A stretch of 64,000 bases of DNA from positions 21,390,001 through 21,454,000 of the forward strand of contig CAIIXF020000001.1 of NCBI GenBank assembly GCA_903813345.2. The letters are read 5' to 3'. Shown in pieces: positions 27,301 to 42,300 of this stretch (the first letter of the stretch is position 1; each line of letters starts with the position of its first letter). The DNA is from Owenia fusiformis. Its lineage: Eukaryota. Under the pieces are notes generated by a model. That model was given only the letters and a program-made list of their open reading frames with translations. It was not told where the DNA came from and did not search any database. The position numbers and the translations under genes are program-made.

Positions 27301-30300
27301 CTGATCTGAACACCTTGCAATGTGAATACTCGTTCTCGTTCCCAATTTGTTACTCACATATTTAGAAAATACTTGAAATATGAACACCTGCTAATCTGAA
27401 CACTCTTGGCTGATCCCAGATTAGACACGAGATTAGAGACTTTCACTGCAGTTGTTACTGCTGCCAGAGCTCAGTTCAGAAAAGAATATCATAATATCAC
27501 ATTGTGGAATAGACAGACTGAGTCTTTCACAAGTTTAAGATAAAGAGAGACATCAAGGGCGTAGCCAGGGGGAGGGTGCGATGGGTGCGATCACACTTCC
27601 CGACACCCCAACAAAAAAAGAAAAAATCAATTTTGTAAAATTTGTTGGAAAAAGTAAAAAATTATAGTTCACTTGCACTGATACAAACCCAAAAATTTCC
27701 ACCTCCCCTTGACATTTGCTGTCTACCCCCTGGACATGATTAAATCAGAACATGTTGCTAGTAAACAGACCGGTATTAGAATAAGCATTTAATAGTTATT
27801 AGTAAACTACTACACTGGACTACTATGCACACAGCCACTTTGTTTCACCAACATAGTGCATTACATGCATTGACTAAGAAAAAAACATATTCACAAGGTA
27901 CATGGGATGATCAAAGAAATTACTTGGTAATAGGGTTAAATCTGTCATCCTGAACATTTTATTTATTTTTGTTGCGGAGTATGAAATATATCTATATTAA
28001 TGATTGTTTGTTATATTTGGTAAGATGTTTTTATACAAATATTATTTACACAATTGCGATTTTATCCTATAAATTAATTTGTTTTATTTTTTATTTTAGT
28101 TTTATTTGGCCAGCATTAGCAAAAACAACTTGTATAAAGTAGGAAGTAGAAAATTAAGTATGGATTTCTACTCTTATCAAAACTTGCAATAATAGTGGAT
28201 TTGAAATGTTAGAGTGTCTTATATGGTGTTTAAACTGCTTCTTTATTCGGTACATTAATATTCCATAAATACCAAATAAAACAAACAATTTACCAAACCT
28301 TTACCCAATCTATCGAATGTTTTTTTATTTTATCAAATGTAATAATCTATACAATTTATATTCGCTAAATAGTTTCACTTGTTCTTTGTATTGACATTCA
28401 CATTTGATATGTATACATGTATTTGTGTGATGCAGCAAATCAGTTTGTTTTCCTTAACGCACGTATAATTCAATTAATTATTTGTACATTCGGTATTTAA
28501 ATTATTTATATTCGGTAAATACCGAATGCCACATTCGGTAAATTTCGTTATTTTTCGATAATTTACGAGACTTTCAGTCACGTGATATATTTGTACGATG
28601 TAGAATAGCTGCGCGGCCATTTTGTAAATCTCGAAGTCACGTGACAAAATATCGAACCACAACGCAAGTTATCGAATATTACTTTATTGCATTCGGTAAA
28701 TAGCAAATTAGCTTTCGGTAAATAGCAAATTAGCTTTCGGTAAAATGCATTAACTTTGTCATAGAAAAATAAACCATTTGGTAAATATAGGCAAACTTAT
28801 TTCGGTAGGGTTCAAATAGAAATTCAATATTGTGCATATAATGTGTTACTCTTAAGGAATACCATAACAATTTACGCAAAAAATATCATTTAACGAATGA
28901 AATATGTAATTTAATGCCCATAGTATTAAGTGATTGCCCATTTTGAAAACTTAATTTGCTGTAACAAACATATAAATGTTTTTACCGAATGGAAAAATGA
29001 TTTAGCGAATATGAATGTTTCATATATCGAATATATTTGAATTTAATGAATAAAGAAGCAAAAATAATGCCATAGTCTTATATCAATATGAGCCTTGTCT
29101 TGCAGGCCTTGGGTTTACAGATGCAATAATCAGGGCACCCACCACTTTTTTTTTGGGGGGGGGGGGGTATCATACATACATACTGTTTGTAATTAGAAGT
29201 AAATTGAATACAAATTGGAAGCATTCATTCTGTGAAACAAGCCCTTAAATCTTCCAGGCTCTGTACATTACAGGAATGGAATTAGGCCTTGGATATTAAA
29301 GATGTCTGTTTAGACCTTGCATATTATATTTGTGTCACTAGGCCTTGTATCTTACAGGTTTTCAGTATATCGTTTCTCAGGTGTCATTAGGACTTGCTTG
29401 ATAGTGGGTCACTCACTTTGCATATTACAGATGGGTTAATTGACCTTAACTATGTAATGGGTTGCATTCATTTTGGGTCACCCTGTACCTGTAATTAGTA
29501 TAATTTATGTATATATGATATCTTATTTGTAAAATGAGTGCTATCCAGTAAACATAAATTACCATCATGTTATACATTTATTACCACATTATGGTCTCTA
29601 CAGTTGTAATTCTGTATCAGATTAGGTCGAAATCCAATTTTACGATATATATGTCTCACCCCTGTGCCATAACTGTTACCCCTATTACATATGCTAGCTC
29701 AATGGCTAGTAAATACATTATGTATGGGGTCAAACTTAGGCCAACTCTTATCAAGTTTATCAAACAACTTGCATTAGGGCTGCAACATTTAACAATCCTG
29801 TGTATACATACTTCACAATAGGCATTTGAATGACTATTTGGTGCAACCCTCTTCACTTAGCACTTAGTAAGCATACCTTTGTATAAACACTTCATTTCTG
29901 TTTGTTGTTTTAATTTTTCTCTGTGTTTACCCCCAAAAAATTAAAGCAAAATGATTCATATTTTGGATTAATGAAGAAATATACGTACATGTATATAACA
30001 TATTTTTTAGTTGTTAATTGTTGACAAATTTATGTCTGATTTTAGTTACAATTTATTAGGGTAATTAGTTAAGGAGAATGATTAGTGAATGTAGCATGTA
30101 GAGGTCATGTTACCATGGTTACTTTACTGTATTAAGTTTCTGGCAATGAAAGAGCATTTGGAAAAAAAAGTTGTATGGTACATCCTTGGAAAATCTTGAT
30201 CAAGTTTATAGAGTTGAATATGTGAAGACATTGGACTGAATAGCATTGGAGATGTACAAAGGTTCTAGGCGGGTTTACCAGGCGTGAAGAGAACTTACAC

Positions 30301-33300
30301 AATTCTAGCATGGGGATATATATTCAGATGAATAGTTCACGTTTTTTTGGGATTGTGAGTCTGAAGTAGATTTCCTCATGGCTGATAGATTCATTGGATT
30401 ACAAATGCTGATATTGAAGAATTGATTCGGAGAATGGACTAACGTTAGAATTCGTTAGGGCACCTGCCTTGTCTTGGATGCATTTTGCCGACCAACAGTA
30501 GCCATTGTTTTGTATTGTGGCATAAAGACTATTCAGTTCCAGCATACATTCAGACTGTGAACCACCCTCACATGAAACACAATACAACAAAGTCTTGCAT
30601 TTTCACAACTCAAATAGCCAGGGAGGAATTTTCATAGAATAAACAAAACAATGCAATTGTTTGTTATCTCATTCTATATGATATTTGATTCAGTAATCAA
30701 AATACTCTGGGAAAGTGAATGAAATATAAATGAACTCAAAGATTTTTTCTCTGGGCGTGCAGACTTTGAATACCAAATGTTCAGCATGGTTGCCTATTCT
30801 ATGTACAGCTGCTGTTAGGATTGTGTTGGAAATCAGTTGAATAAGACAATTGTACGACAATCGTACATTTGTTACAAGATTTTAAAAGATCATTCAAAAT
30901 GGTAACCCGTAATAATCGGTGAGTACTTCTTCTTTTTTTTATAGGATATTTTATGTGAACTGTTTATGTCTAGTTAATGGTTTTCTGGTTGATATTTAAA
31001 CCTCTTGTCCATAAAGAATCATATCTGATATAATTGAGTTATATTTAACACTGTTGTAGTCTATGCCTATTGATTTATTTCACTGTTACCATCAAGGTTA
31101 CTAGCATTATAAACAATGAAAACAATAATACTAACAATCTTAGGAGATTGAAATAAAGGTTTATGGAATTGTGGTTTGATATTCATGAAAAATTCATATT
31201 TGGAAAATCCAAGAATGATGGTGAAAGGTAGAGATGAGTGTGTAGGGAGACAGTGTCTGTGATCAGTGTTATTAGGCAAGCCTATCAAGAATATTGTCTT
31301 AGATTTAACGTCAGCGTATTACAATTACTCTTCCCCCTCTCTGCACTCAATGTCAGTATGCAGGCTGACATGCAAGATTAATCCAACTGTACCAGCTAAT
31401 TTATATCTGCTCCGCATTCCATCGATATTGCCAAATAAAAAGCAAACATTGCAGATATTGTAATTTGTTAGCTGCCTTACAAATAGCTTTTTTGATTGAA
31501 TATGCATCATGTTTTATTATGGTGTTTCATTACCCTTTCTTTGAGAGCATCATCTTATTACTGCTGGTCTCAGGGGTCATCTCTTCATATGACTGAATAT
31601 TGTAAGACTTAGTATATTGGCAAAAAATTCAGATTTGGTTGGTGTTCACTACAGAGAGTATAATTTACAAAAATGTTATTTGAGTATGTATGGAGAAAGA
31701 GTGTCTACTAGGCACAAGTGTTCACGAGAGGAGAGAGGAGTGTTCACTTAGAATGTTAGACAGGTTTTATACTGTACTGGCAGGAGACAATGAGTATTGA
31801 TTCATGTCACCATCTCTTGACATAAGAGGTACTTTATGATATATTGTATAAGTAAAATATATACAGAGCATAATAACACAAAGGAAACATGCTTTGGACA
31901 GTTATAACAGATGGGAATATTACAGATGCGGGACATTATACTGGCATTATCCAGATTTTCAGACAAAACGTACTTGATTTACTTTACATGTAATTTATTT
32001 CTCCACATAAACATCCTGAGCATGACTGTGTAGGTCCCAGAGGCTAATAGAAATTAGTGCATGCATTAGATGGGGGGGGGGGGATTCCAGAGAGTAGACA
32101 TATAACATAAGCTCTTTTCAAAAGATGTAAAATCAAACTGTTGAAAGGGGTACCTGAACACAGACACAGGAATGTATTTCATGCAATAACTAATATGCCA
32201 GTAACTAAGACAGCTGAGAGAAAATTATAAAGGAGTAGTATCGAGCTAAGCAATTAGTATACTTATGATGTTTGTGAATTATGAAATGTAAATACCGTCA
32301 TCATAATATATGAAATTAAAAGATATATATTATATATACGTAGATATTTTAATATTTTTTACTTTTAAAGACGTCACTAGAATATGATAAACGAGATAAT
32401 TGGACCCCTTGATATCAATAACTCACTCTTAATAACCATGAGTTAAATAGTTACACATAGATTCCTTAATACACATCTCTACATTTGTGAAATATTCTGG
32501 TATTTAGTTATAAGGTGAAACTGTTTGTCAACAGAGTTGATGCCTATTAGCTTGGCTCTCAGGCTAACTAAATAATGGTGGTTTTGTCCACCCTCAGAAA
32601 ACTGTTATTAAATAAATGTTTGTTTAGAGGAGCTTACTAAGGTCATCCAAGAATCTCCCAGTATGTATTTTTTTATAATAATAAAATGGTATGAAACATT
32701 TTGATGTGGTCCAAAAATCAAAAAATCAGTGAAACATATAATTAAACTGAGCTCATATATGGCCTAATGTGTGTATAGTCTATTATACTTCAATAGACAT
32801 AAATATTTGAAATATTTTCAAAACATAAGATAGATATATTAGTGCATGGAACATTTCAAGACAAGCCATTTGAAAAATATTATCAGGAAATGTCAAACTG
32901 AGATAAAAATGATTTATTTTCAATAGATGAAAAGGAAGGACATATATCATCTATTCAAAATATTTTGAAAATAAATGAGGGGGATTTATCAAAGAAACAA
33001 GAGGATAGATCAACCGATAGAAGTCTTGCATCAAATATTTGGACCCCCTAACTCCAGAGGTTTTGAGGAGGGGTTGGCAAGGGCTTGAAACAAGACTAAT
33101 CAACCAGGAACTACATGAGAGAGAGAGGATATCTAAGAAAAAATATAACAAACTTGTCTGTATTTATTAGAGTATTAATCTTATCCGAGACAGCCACATA
33201 TAAACCATAATATAGCAGTTTATGTGCTGTACAATTTCTATCCAATTTAGTCAATACAATATAGAAAGTAATAGAATACATAGCAGCTGCTCTATTCTAT

Positions 33301-36300
33301 AGACATAAGTTCCTAGTAAAGCTATTCATGGGTAAGATTATTAAAATTGTAAAAATGACAAATTAATTCATTGACTTTATTAAGTAATAACCTTGAAATT
33401 TGTTTTGTACGGTAGGTAGAATTCAAAATATAATGTAAACAAAGCTATAGTAGTTGTGATAAAAAATCAATATAAGTAGGAAATGTTTAGTTCATGCTAA
33501 AAGGAAATAATACTTACATATTTTGACATATTCTGTATGAAGCATAAACACTTTGAATTCTTGTTATTAAATGTAAGTACCTTTGCAATGAGTAGGAATG
33601 AACTTACCAATTTACCATACTTTCATGTTTCAACAATTTAATTGATTTTCAGAGATATGTCTAATAGACTGTATAAATATATTTGTGTTATACACTGTTT
33701 ATCAAAGGTACTGAGAGTGACTTTTGCAGTCAAATAAAAGAAATACATGTACATGTATACTTACTCCAGGGCTCTAGGTATATAGAGTGAGGGGATGGAT
33801 ATATATGTTTATCCCATACTTGGACGTGTTACAGGTACATAAAGCCGGTTTGTAAAAACTTATATTTTCATCAGCGGGCAGATATAGCTTTACGTCCCGC
33901 TCCGAGCGGGCAGATATAGTATATCTGCCCGCTACGTCATAATCTACGCTCGCATATTTGTTCATAATTTGTAACGTTCGCGTAATGACTGTAAACGACA
34001 ATGGGGAAAACACAGACAATCGGGATCTGTTTGATGGTTTAAAAAAGGGAAGGAACATCCACTTAATCAATCAAAAAATTCCAGAAAATAAATGTCGGAA
34101 TATTTGAGAGAACAGGAAAATCCGACCACAGCCAAGAAACGAAACTGGACATGAATATTCTAAAATATTTCCACGATTGAACAATGTGAACCAGATGACC
34201 AAGATTGGTATAGGATAAACATATTATCCTATAGTCGGTTCAGGATATTGGGATTATCCCTTGGCCAATATGATATATTTTCCCTCGGGACCTGCGGCCC
34301 TCGGGCAAATATATTATATTTGCCTCGGGATAATCCCAGTATCCTGAACCTCATATAGGATAATCTCTATATCTATCTAATTATCGTCACAAAGTCTGGG
34401 ACATAAAGCTATATCCATCCAGGACCATCCTCTTAAGCAGGTATTCTGAATCCATACCTCCTTCTTCCCCCTGCCATAACCAATTTGGAAGCGCCCGATT
34501 AAACTGAATCACGTGATCTAATTATGCGCAATGACTTATACATGATTTCTGTCGCAGCCAATCAGATTGCGAGTTCTTAATCGAGGAAATACTGACTGCT
34601 TATCGCAGGGGGTAAAAAGAAAGAATATATTCTGGATTTTGAAGCCCTGTGATCAGAGGATATTAAAAAATAGATTAGCGTTAATTCTTGTCATTCTTGT
34701 GTTTTCAGAAACAAATGCCTCAATGAGAAGCGGAGGAGAGAACAGGAGAACATCTATATAGAGGAGCTAGCAGAATTGATCTCGGCTAGCATCACTGAGA
34801 TGAACACATTCTCTGTTAAACCAGACAAGTGTGCCATCTTACAGGAAACTGTCAGTCAAATTCGTAGAATCAAAAATGAAGGTAAGAGAGAGGACTTTGT
34901 TATGTTGTATCAATTGTGTGATCTTTAATCTCACTGTTTACTAATTACGTTCAAGATGTAAATACTATTAAAGAGTGCCGATATTAGGATACAAAATAAT
35001 CAATTTATATGAACCATATCAAATGATTTTTCAATAATAACAGGTGATGTGTTTCACTGAAAAAATGCACGTCAAGATGTGATAGTTGCACATTTTTAGA
35101 GCTAATATGCGACTTATTTTTATATAGCTTAAACGCATGCGTGATTGAAAAGTAATTGAAATTGTTAAGTACATACCTGGTCAATATACTCTGTTCTATG
35201 ACTACATTGTAATTGTATACTTAGTAGCTCTCCTGAGTGTAAAAGCCTAGTATGTTATAGCATTGAATCATAAAGTGCTCTTTAAAAATCTTAAAGAACT
35301 ATTAGTCTATATTGGCAATGGTAATACCAGCTGTAAGTGGATTGTATTCAATGTCTACTGCATATGATAATAATATAGAATAAACATCTCAACAATTTAG
35401 GATTCTATAGTGTTATTGTCCCCTATATTCCATAAACTAACTCAGCTTGATTGTGTTGGCATTGCCAGATAATACAGGGAGACACAAAAAATGACAGCCA
35501 CCTTACGTTGCATAACTTATTTGTCTATTGACATATAGACTTGTTCCAAAAATTTCAGATGTGTAGCTCAAGTTGTTCAAATTTTATGAGTAGTCTATTT
35601 TATTGTAGACACACATGGATTTTACATGAGAAATGTCACTTGGCTTGTACTTTCAGGGAAATGATGTCCATTCAATTAAACACAAAATAATGTAGTTGTC
35701 ATTGATAGAATCATTATAACTTATTTCCAAAATCATGATATAAAAGCTGGGTGTCATTTTTTGTGTAAGATCCAGTTGTGCCAGCAAAGGAATAGATGAC
35801 ACATTTTGTAATGGTCATTTAATGTGCATCTAGATGAGCTAGTCATTTGAAACTTCTTGTTGAATTGCAAAATGGAGTGTAGTTTTAATTTGCCCAAAAA
35901 TTTGTCAGAATTTCTTCAGACAAAAAAGTTATGAAACATAATGTGGGTGGATGTCATTTTTTGTGCCAAGCGGTATACTGAGAAATATTTTAATATGGAA
36001 TAGATGGAAGATTGATAATTTTGCAGAGTGATGAATTTTTGTTGATTGTTGACTAATTATTATTTAGACATTAATATAAAAAACAGAATTGCATCCCCAA
36101 GATTATTTTTGGTAATTATGAAGTTCTTAAAGATTTAACTTTTAAACATCTTTTACTGTAATGCCTTGAATCAATAAACCATTACTATGCAACATTTTGT
36201 CTTACTTAGCTACATACAATTGGTAGCTATTTGAAACTTAAACAATGATAATAACACATTATTAACAGATCCAGGGTGATACATATATAATTCTTCATAA

Positions 36301-39300
36301 AATAAATGTATTCTTTGCTATAACCCATACCAATCAGAATATATAATCAGATAATGATGACTCTCCTTTTTATTTCAGCATAGTAGAAAGCATTCATTTG
36401 ATGAAAGCTACGTTTCATATTATTATTTAGATCTTGTTGGCAGCGTCAGAATTAAAATCACCTGTATTAGTTAGAGGATAGTATTTGGCTATCTGATGGA
36501 GATGAAGGGTAGACATGAAGATTTTGTATTAACATATGTATCATAGAGTAACATAAGATACTATTCATTAGAGAAGTCTACAATCATTCATAAGTCAGTA
36601 CTTAGTCCTGAGTTGGAGGAATGTCAAGTGCAGCCAAGTTTGTTTATTTCATTTTACATTGAACAGAACAGAGTTGAATGTCCAAGATGGAGGAATGGAT
36701 ATTTTCTGATTGCTAAATGTTGGTTGCTGGTAATTACTGGGTGAAGCGCTTATTACCCCTGTGACACAGAGCTGTGTATTTAGCTAATAATTAAATCACT
36801 GATCTCTATCATTGTAGTATCCTGGTGCAAGATTTCAAAACTACCAATGTACCAAGTAGAATGTCTGGAAAATCATGGAAAATTAGGATATTTCGACCAG
36901 ATCACTAATTTCAGGAAAAATCCAGTATTGAACACACTATGAGACCTTAAGAAGGCATTTCTTAGGGGGTGTTGTCATAACAAACCGGCAACAGCCGAAG
37001 CTTGCTGTGTCTGTTGTTTTGTTGATGTAGAGTGGTCTGTACTTTAAATGAAAATATGCCAGATGAAAATACAGCATGTGTTATTATGGACTTATGTAGA
37101 ATACATGCTCTTTATAGTACATGCATACTATACACTTAAACCTACCTTATATGAACATTTGTTTAAAGTGAACTCATCAGAATGTGAATATTGTCAATGT
37201 TAACTGAACACTATATTATGTTATTGTACGATGTATTTCCAGAGAGTTGCACATCAGATGCAGTTCAACAAAGTCACGTCTCCTCAAGTAAACCTACCAT
37301 TCTGGCAAATGATGTTCTCGGACCCCTTTTATTAGAGGTAAATTTCCTTATTGGCAGCAGCTAAGACCCACAAACATGTGTAGTATCTCCAAAAAAATAG
37401 TCCCTGGAATCCTGTGCTATACCCAGTAAAATTAAACAAGATTTTGTGGATATAGAAGAGGTGTAGCATAAGATATTAAGAACTCTTTAGATACTACCAT
37501 TGACATTGGTAACTCAAAACATAAAGCTTGCATACATATAGTAATATTACTAACAGCAAAAACATGTTTTAAATGATATTTATTTGGTAATCTGCTCAGT
37601 GCTCAGTAATTAGTTCAATTTGTATAGAAGATGCTTAGAGAAATAACGAAACATACAGAATGAAATAAAAATGACAATTCAAAGTGTGTCCTTGAATTAA
37701 GATGCTAATAAATGTCAGCTTGTTTCTATTACGCTTATACTCATTTGCTTCTAAGCATATCAATGAAATATCTCAGTCTTGTTACCATAGATACAACAGC
37801 TCAAGTTCACCTGCATTCGTTAAATTGGAAATAATTCTTAAATTTAGTTGAATCCAAACAGCTTTTGAAGTCAAAATCGAACATTTATTTCACATCCAAA
37901 CTTATATAAGGCTTTAAATACTTAAGATCATTGATTATGATTGATGCAATCGTTAACTTCTTATTTTCTTCACTGTTAAATCATCTATAGTAGACATAAG
38001 TGAAATTAAAGAGTGGCTTTTTATCCAAGTACTTAGGACTTTCCCATCATGCTTAAAAACATACAGTAACAATCACAAATTAGCCATTTAATTTATAGTA
38101 ATGTAATATCTTGCTTACCTAATATTTACATAATTCTGTGGTTTTACAATTTTTATGTTTGTATTTGTAGGCACTAGATGGATTCCTATTTGTTGTAAAC
38201 TGTCAAGGAAAAGTGGAATTTGTATCGGATAACATCTCACAATATTTGAAATATCAACAAGACGACCTAGTGAATAAGAGCATATATAACATAATACACG
38301 TTGGAGACCACGCCATATTCAGTAAAGGTCTAGTGCCGCTTTCAGTTGGTGAGTGAATGTTATTTTATTGGAACTTTAGGCAGGCGTATGTTGGTGAATT
38401 AATCTGTGGTACCTATATGTCTTACGAAAGTGAACCACTTCTCTAAGAAAGCTAAAATCCCAAGAATTTTTTTGTCCTTTGACTTGCATAAGTAAACAGG
38501 GGGAGGGAGTGTCACAAAACTCAAACCCAAAAGTGTCCACAAGAAGTTTTATGCAACATTTCCTTCCAATTTATTGTTTGTTGTAACAACAACAACAAAA
38601 ACAAAAGAAACTTGGGAATAACCTGATACATGGAATGTCTGGTGTATGTGAAGTGTTATTGTACAGTATTACTGTTTAATCATCTCTTGGAAGGGCCCAT
38701 TTCAATGAAATAAAGCACAAAGATTATGAAGCCAAGAAGACAGAGATGAGACGTTTTCAGTATTGTGTAGGAGTACAGGCCCGTAGCCAGCTTTTGCCAA
38801 GGGGGGTTCACTTTTCAAATAATTCGTTGAGGGTTCACATTTGATAACTTTGACCAACATTTGAAAAGTGTTCAGAATGATGAAAATGATGTGATTTTGA
38901 AAGAATTTTCACCCGGGGGGTTTTGCTTTAAAACCCCAATCTCCCCCTCCCCCTGTCTACCGGTCTGGAATATTAGATCTAACTCAAATTATCCTGCTGC
39001 GTAAACCATAATGGATTTGTAACACTATATACTTGTTTTATGGAAGTCGGGTTGCATATATAATAATGACGACTTACTTTCATTTCCTGTCGCTTCATTT
39101 TTCTATTCACAATAGTCCACAATCTCAAGTTACTTTAGTTGCATTCATGTGTATTTTATAAATGTTTGTGTACTTGATCAGAATATACTCTGATTGGAGA
39201 TACACAATGTATTTACTTGGAAATCTCATCTCTCTTGAATATATTCAAGTTGTAAAATTTATTTTTGTTTACCAGTGACCAAGCTTTGTCCGTTTCAGTT

Positions 39301-42300
39301 TGAATTTTAAATAACAATTATAACGACACTTAAATATATTATACCATCTACGTCATGCAATGTAAATCTATTATGCTTGGGTGGTGAAGATACAGAATTA
39401 AGATATATTGTAACGGGGTACATGTATTGTTATATCACTATTGTATCTTCATGTTTGCATACTACAAATAGATGAAATGTAGTTGTAACCACAGTTGTAA
39501 ACCTAGCACATGATTCATAACTGCCTGTAATAATCACAAAATTAAACCTCACTAAAAAGTTATTTTTGAATAATTTACAGATTTGTCTTTGAAACATGTA
39601 TGATGCTGTTATTTTACATGTATCAAATACTTGTAAATATCCGAATATTAAACAGAATAAGATAGAATTGAATGGAATGGAAAAGAAACTTATCTAATGT
39701 CTATCAAAGAAGTGTTCTCTAACATTAGGTGCTGTAAGGGGTGTATATCTATATGTTTGATAATACTGCATTTACACGTGTCCTCAGGAAACCCTCTAAA
39801 CCTTGAATGACCTTGCCTGGTGGTAAATAATCGGAGGAATAGCAGTTCATAGTTTAGCACCTTCCTAAAATTACTTATACATTGAAATATGAGAATCAAT
39901 CTAATTTGTTCTATTTTATCAGTTGTTCCATGAATATTGATCTGGTTGCGACTGTTTATATATATTTCAAATAATATCGGAGATATACTTGTAAGGATGT
40001 AATATCTCCTTCCAATTTGTATTCAGGAGGTTGTGGCACATGTTTTCTTGATTATGTGGTCAAAATATATATTTGGTATTTGCATGTAACGTGGTCATAC
40101 TATTATAGAATAATTACATTAATTAATGCTGACCTGAGCCATATGAATATTGAACCCTCAATTTATCCACGGTTCCATCATCCCTCAGGAGTCAATTTAC
40201 ATGGAGATATTGCATTACTTACTTGTCTGTTCATCTGTCTGTCTATTGTCTGTCCATTTGTCTGGCTGTCCATCTTTCAACAATTATGGTATGTTTTGAG
40301 ACCTCTGTTTATATGATTCCAGTCTTAAGTTATTTTTGGTGTTCATTTATATAAAAAAAGGGTCTTTTCAACTTTTTCATGTTAAATTTATTATTTCCAT
40401 TAATTTTGCCAGTTGTTTTCATTCATTGAGCCTGTTGTGAGAAATCCTAGTGAAACCCCTGTTCATAGTATCTATGTGATCATGACTCAAAAAGTATTCC
40501 CACAACAAAGTTTTTGGAAATCGTATAATTTCGACATGGAAAAGAAGCAGGTTAAGCAGTAAAAATGAATTGAGAACTTTGTTCATGAACATGAAGCCCC
40601 CTATGAAGCTTTCACACAAGACCATGTTGGCTCACCACTTGGCACCTTGCGAATGTGAATACTTTTGGGTAGACAGTGGTAGACGGGACTGGGATAGACA
40701 CACAATTTCAAAACAAATAGTTTTATAGCAAGATACCCCTCACACTTGTTGATAAAAAATGAATGCCCAAACGTATTCACATGGTGGCCAATGACTAGCC
40801 AAAACAGCCTAATGTAACAGCCACTTTACAAGGTAAATATGCATTGCTCAAAAGGATATTGAAAAACATGTATTATAGGAGTCCTAATAAACATGCAGCA
40901 CATATTGAAAAATAACTATTAATTTGATTATTGATATGTATGTGCAATATATATATGTATACATAACTATATTTAATATATCTGTTTCCACAATTATTGC
41001 CTTAGTGTCTCGTGTAGTTCAGGTCACTATTATTTACCATCATGTACTGTTATGCCAAGGCCTCACATACAAACAGAGGATAGAGTGAAATTGACCGCAA
41101 CACACCAGTTGGGTTATACATTATGTAACCTCGGTTCAAACACGGGCTACTAGGGTGAACCATTTGGAAATACCAAACAAATATTAAACATCACAAATAT
41201 CTATTGTTAAATTATTAATCATTCTGGGATGACTGCAGTTTTGATTTTTTATTGACTTGACTAGCACCAAATGTAACATCCCTTGTTGTATTTATCTGTA
41301 GAGAGTACTACCAAGTGTACAGCGAGCTAAATTATGTAAAATTATTTTTTAAAAATTGGGTATTGACATCTTGAGCAACAGTTATAATCAATGTGCAAAG
41401 TGGTACATTGAATGAAAATGGTAGATTGAATGAAAGTGGTAGAATTGAAGCAATACTGACAATTTTGGAAACCCTTTTACTGAAAATACTGAAACTGAAA
41501 ATTCAGGTAAAAGTATTATAAATAGATGTGCAATCCTGTATTGTTTCTGACCTGAAGAGCTATTCAAGTGATAGATAAGTCAAAGGATATTAAATCATTT
41601 TCATTATAAAGATACAAAACTTATATATCATTTAAAAGGTCTGGTGTAAGAATATTGAGAATATAAGGAAATAGTACAGATATATTATATCAGTTCATAT
41701 TGTGATGTCCTGTAAGAGCAGATGTATCACTACGGACATACTTGCAATTGTACTAATAAAATTTATGAGCAAACAATGCTTTTGTACAAGGGTTGAACAC
41801 CAACTCAAATATACAACTTTTTTTTATTTTGTTTTAAGAGCAATTATTTATTGAATAATGGCAAACTGGTTCAGATAAAATTTAGAAATGTTTAAATGGT
41901 GGTTAACCATGCCTCTAAATATATGCAGGTTGAAGACTAGTTACATACAGTGCAGATGTATCAGAAGGATATATAGGGGTTATGCACTGGGAGGTTTTGG
42001 ATACAGGGAATATCCCGAGGGATATACAATATATCTTCCCGAGGGACTGAAGGGACCGAGGGAAGATGTATTGTATATCCCAAGGGATATTCCATGTATA
42101 CAAACCGACCGTGCATAACTGGTGTATCTCATACGTGAGTGGGTTTAGGGTAGATATAACCTTTTCCAACTTTTTCAAATGACAAGATATTTATATTTAA
42201 CATTTTCGTAATATTCTTTTTGTTCAATACAATGAAATTGTAACATTTAAACTTAAAAAAATTAAATTTTAAAATTAAAAAATTAAAACTTTTGATATTT

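Noticed and set aside
31060-31520. Possible LINE endonuclease relic on the minus strand
   Set aside because: Motifs are too degraded to support by eye.
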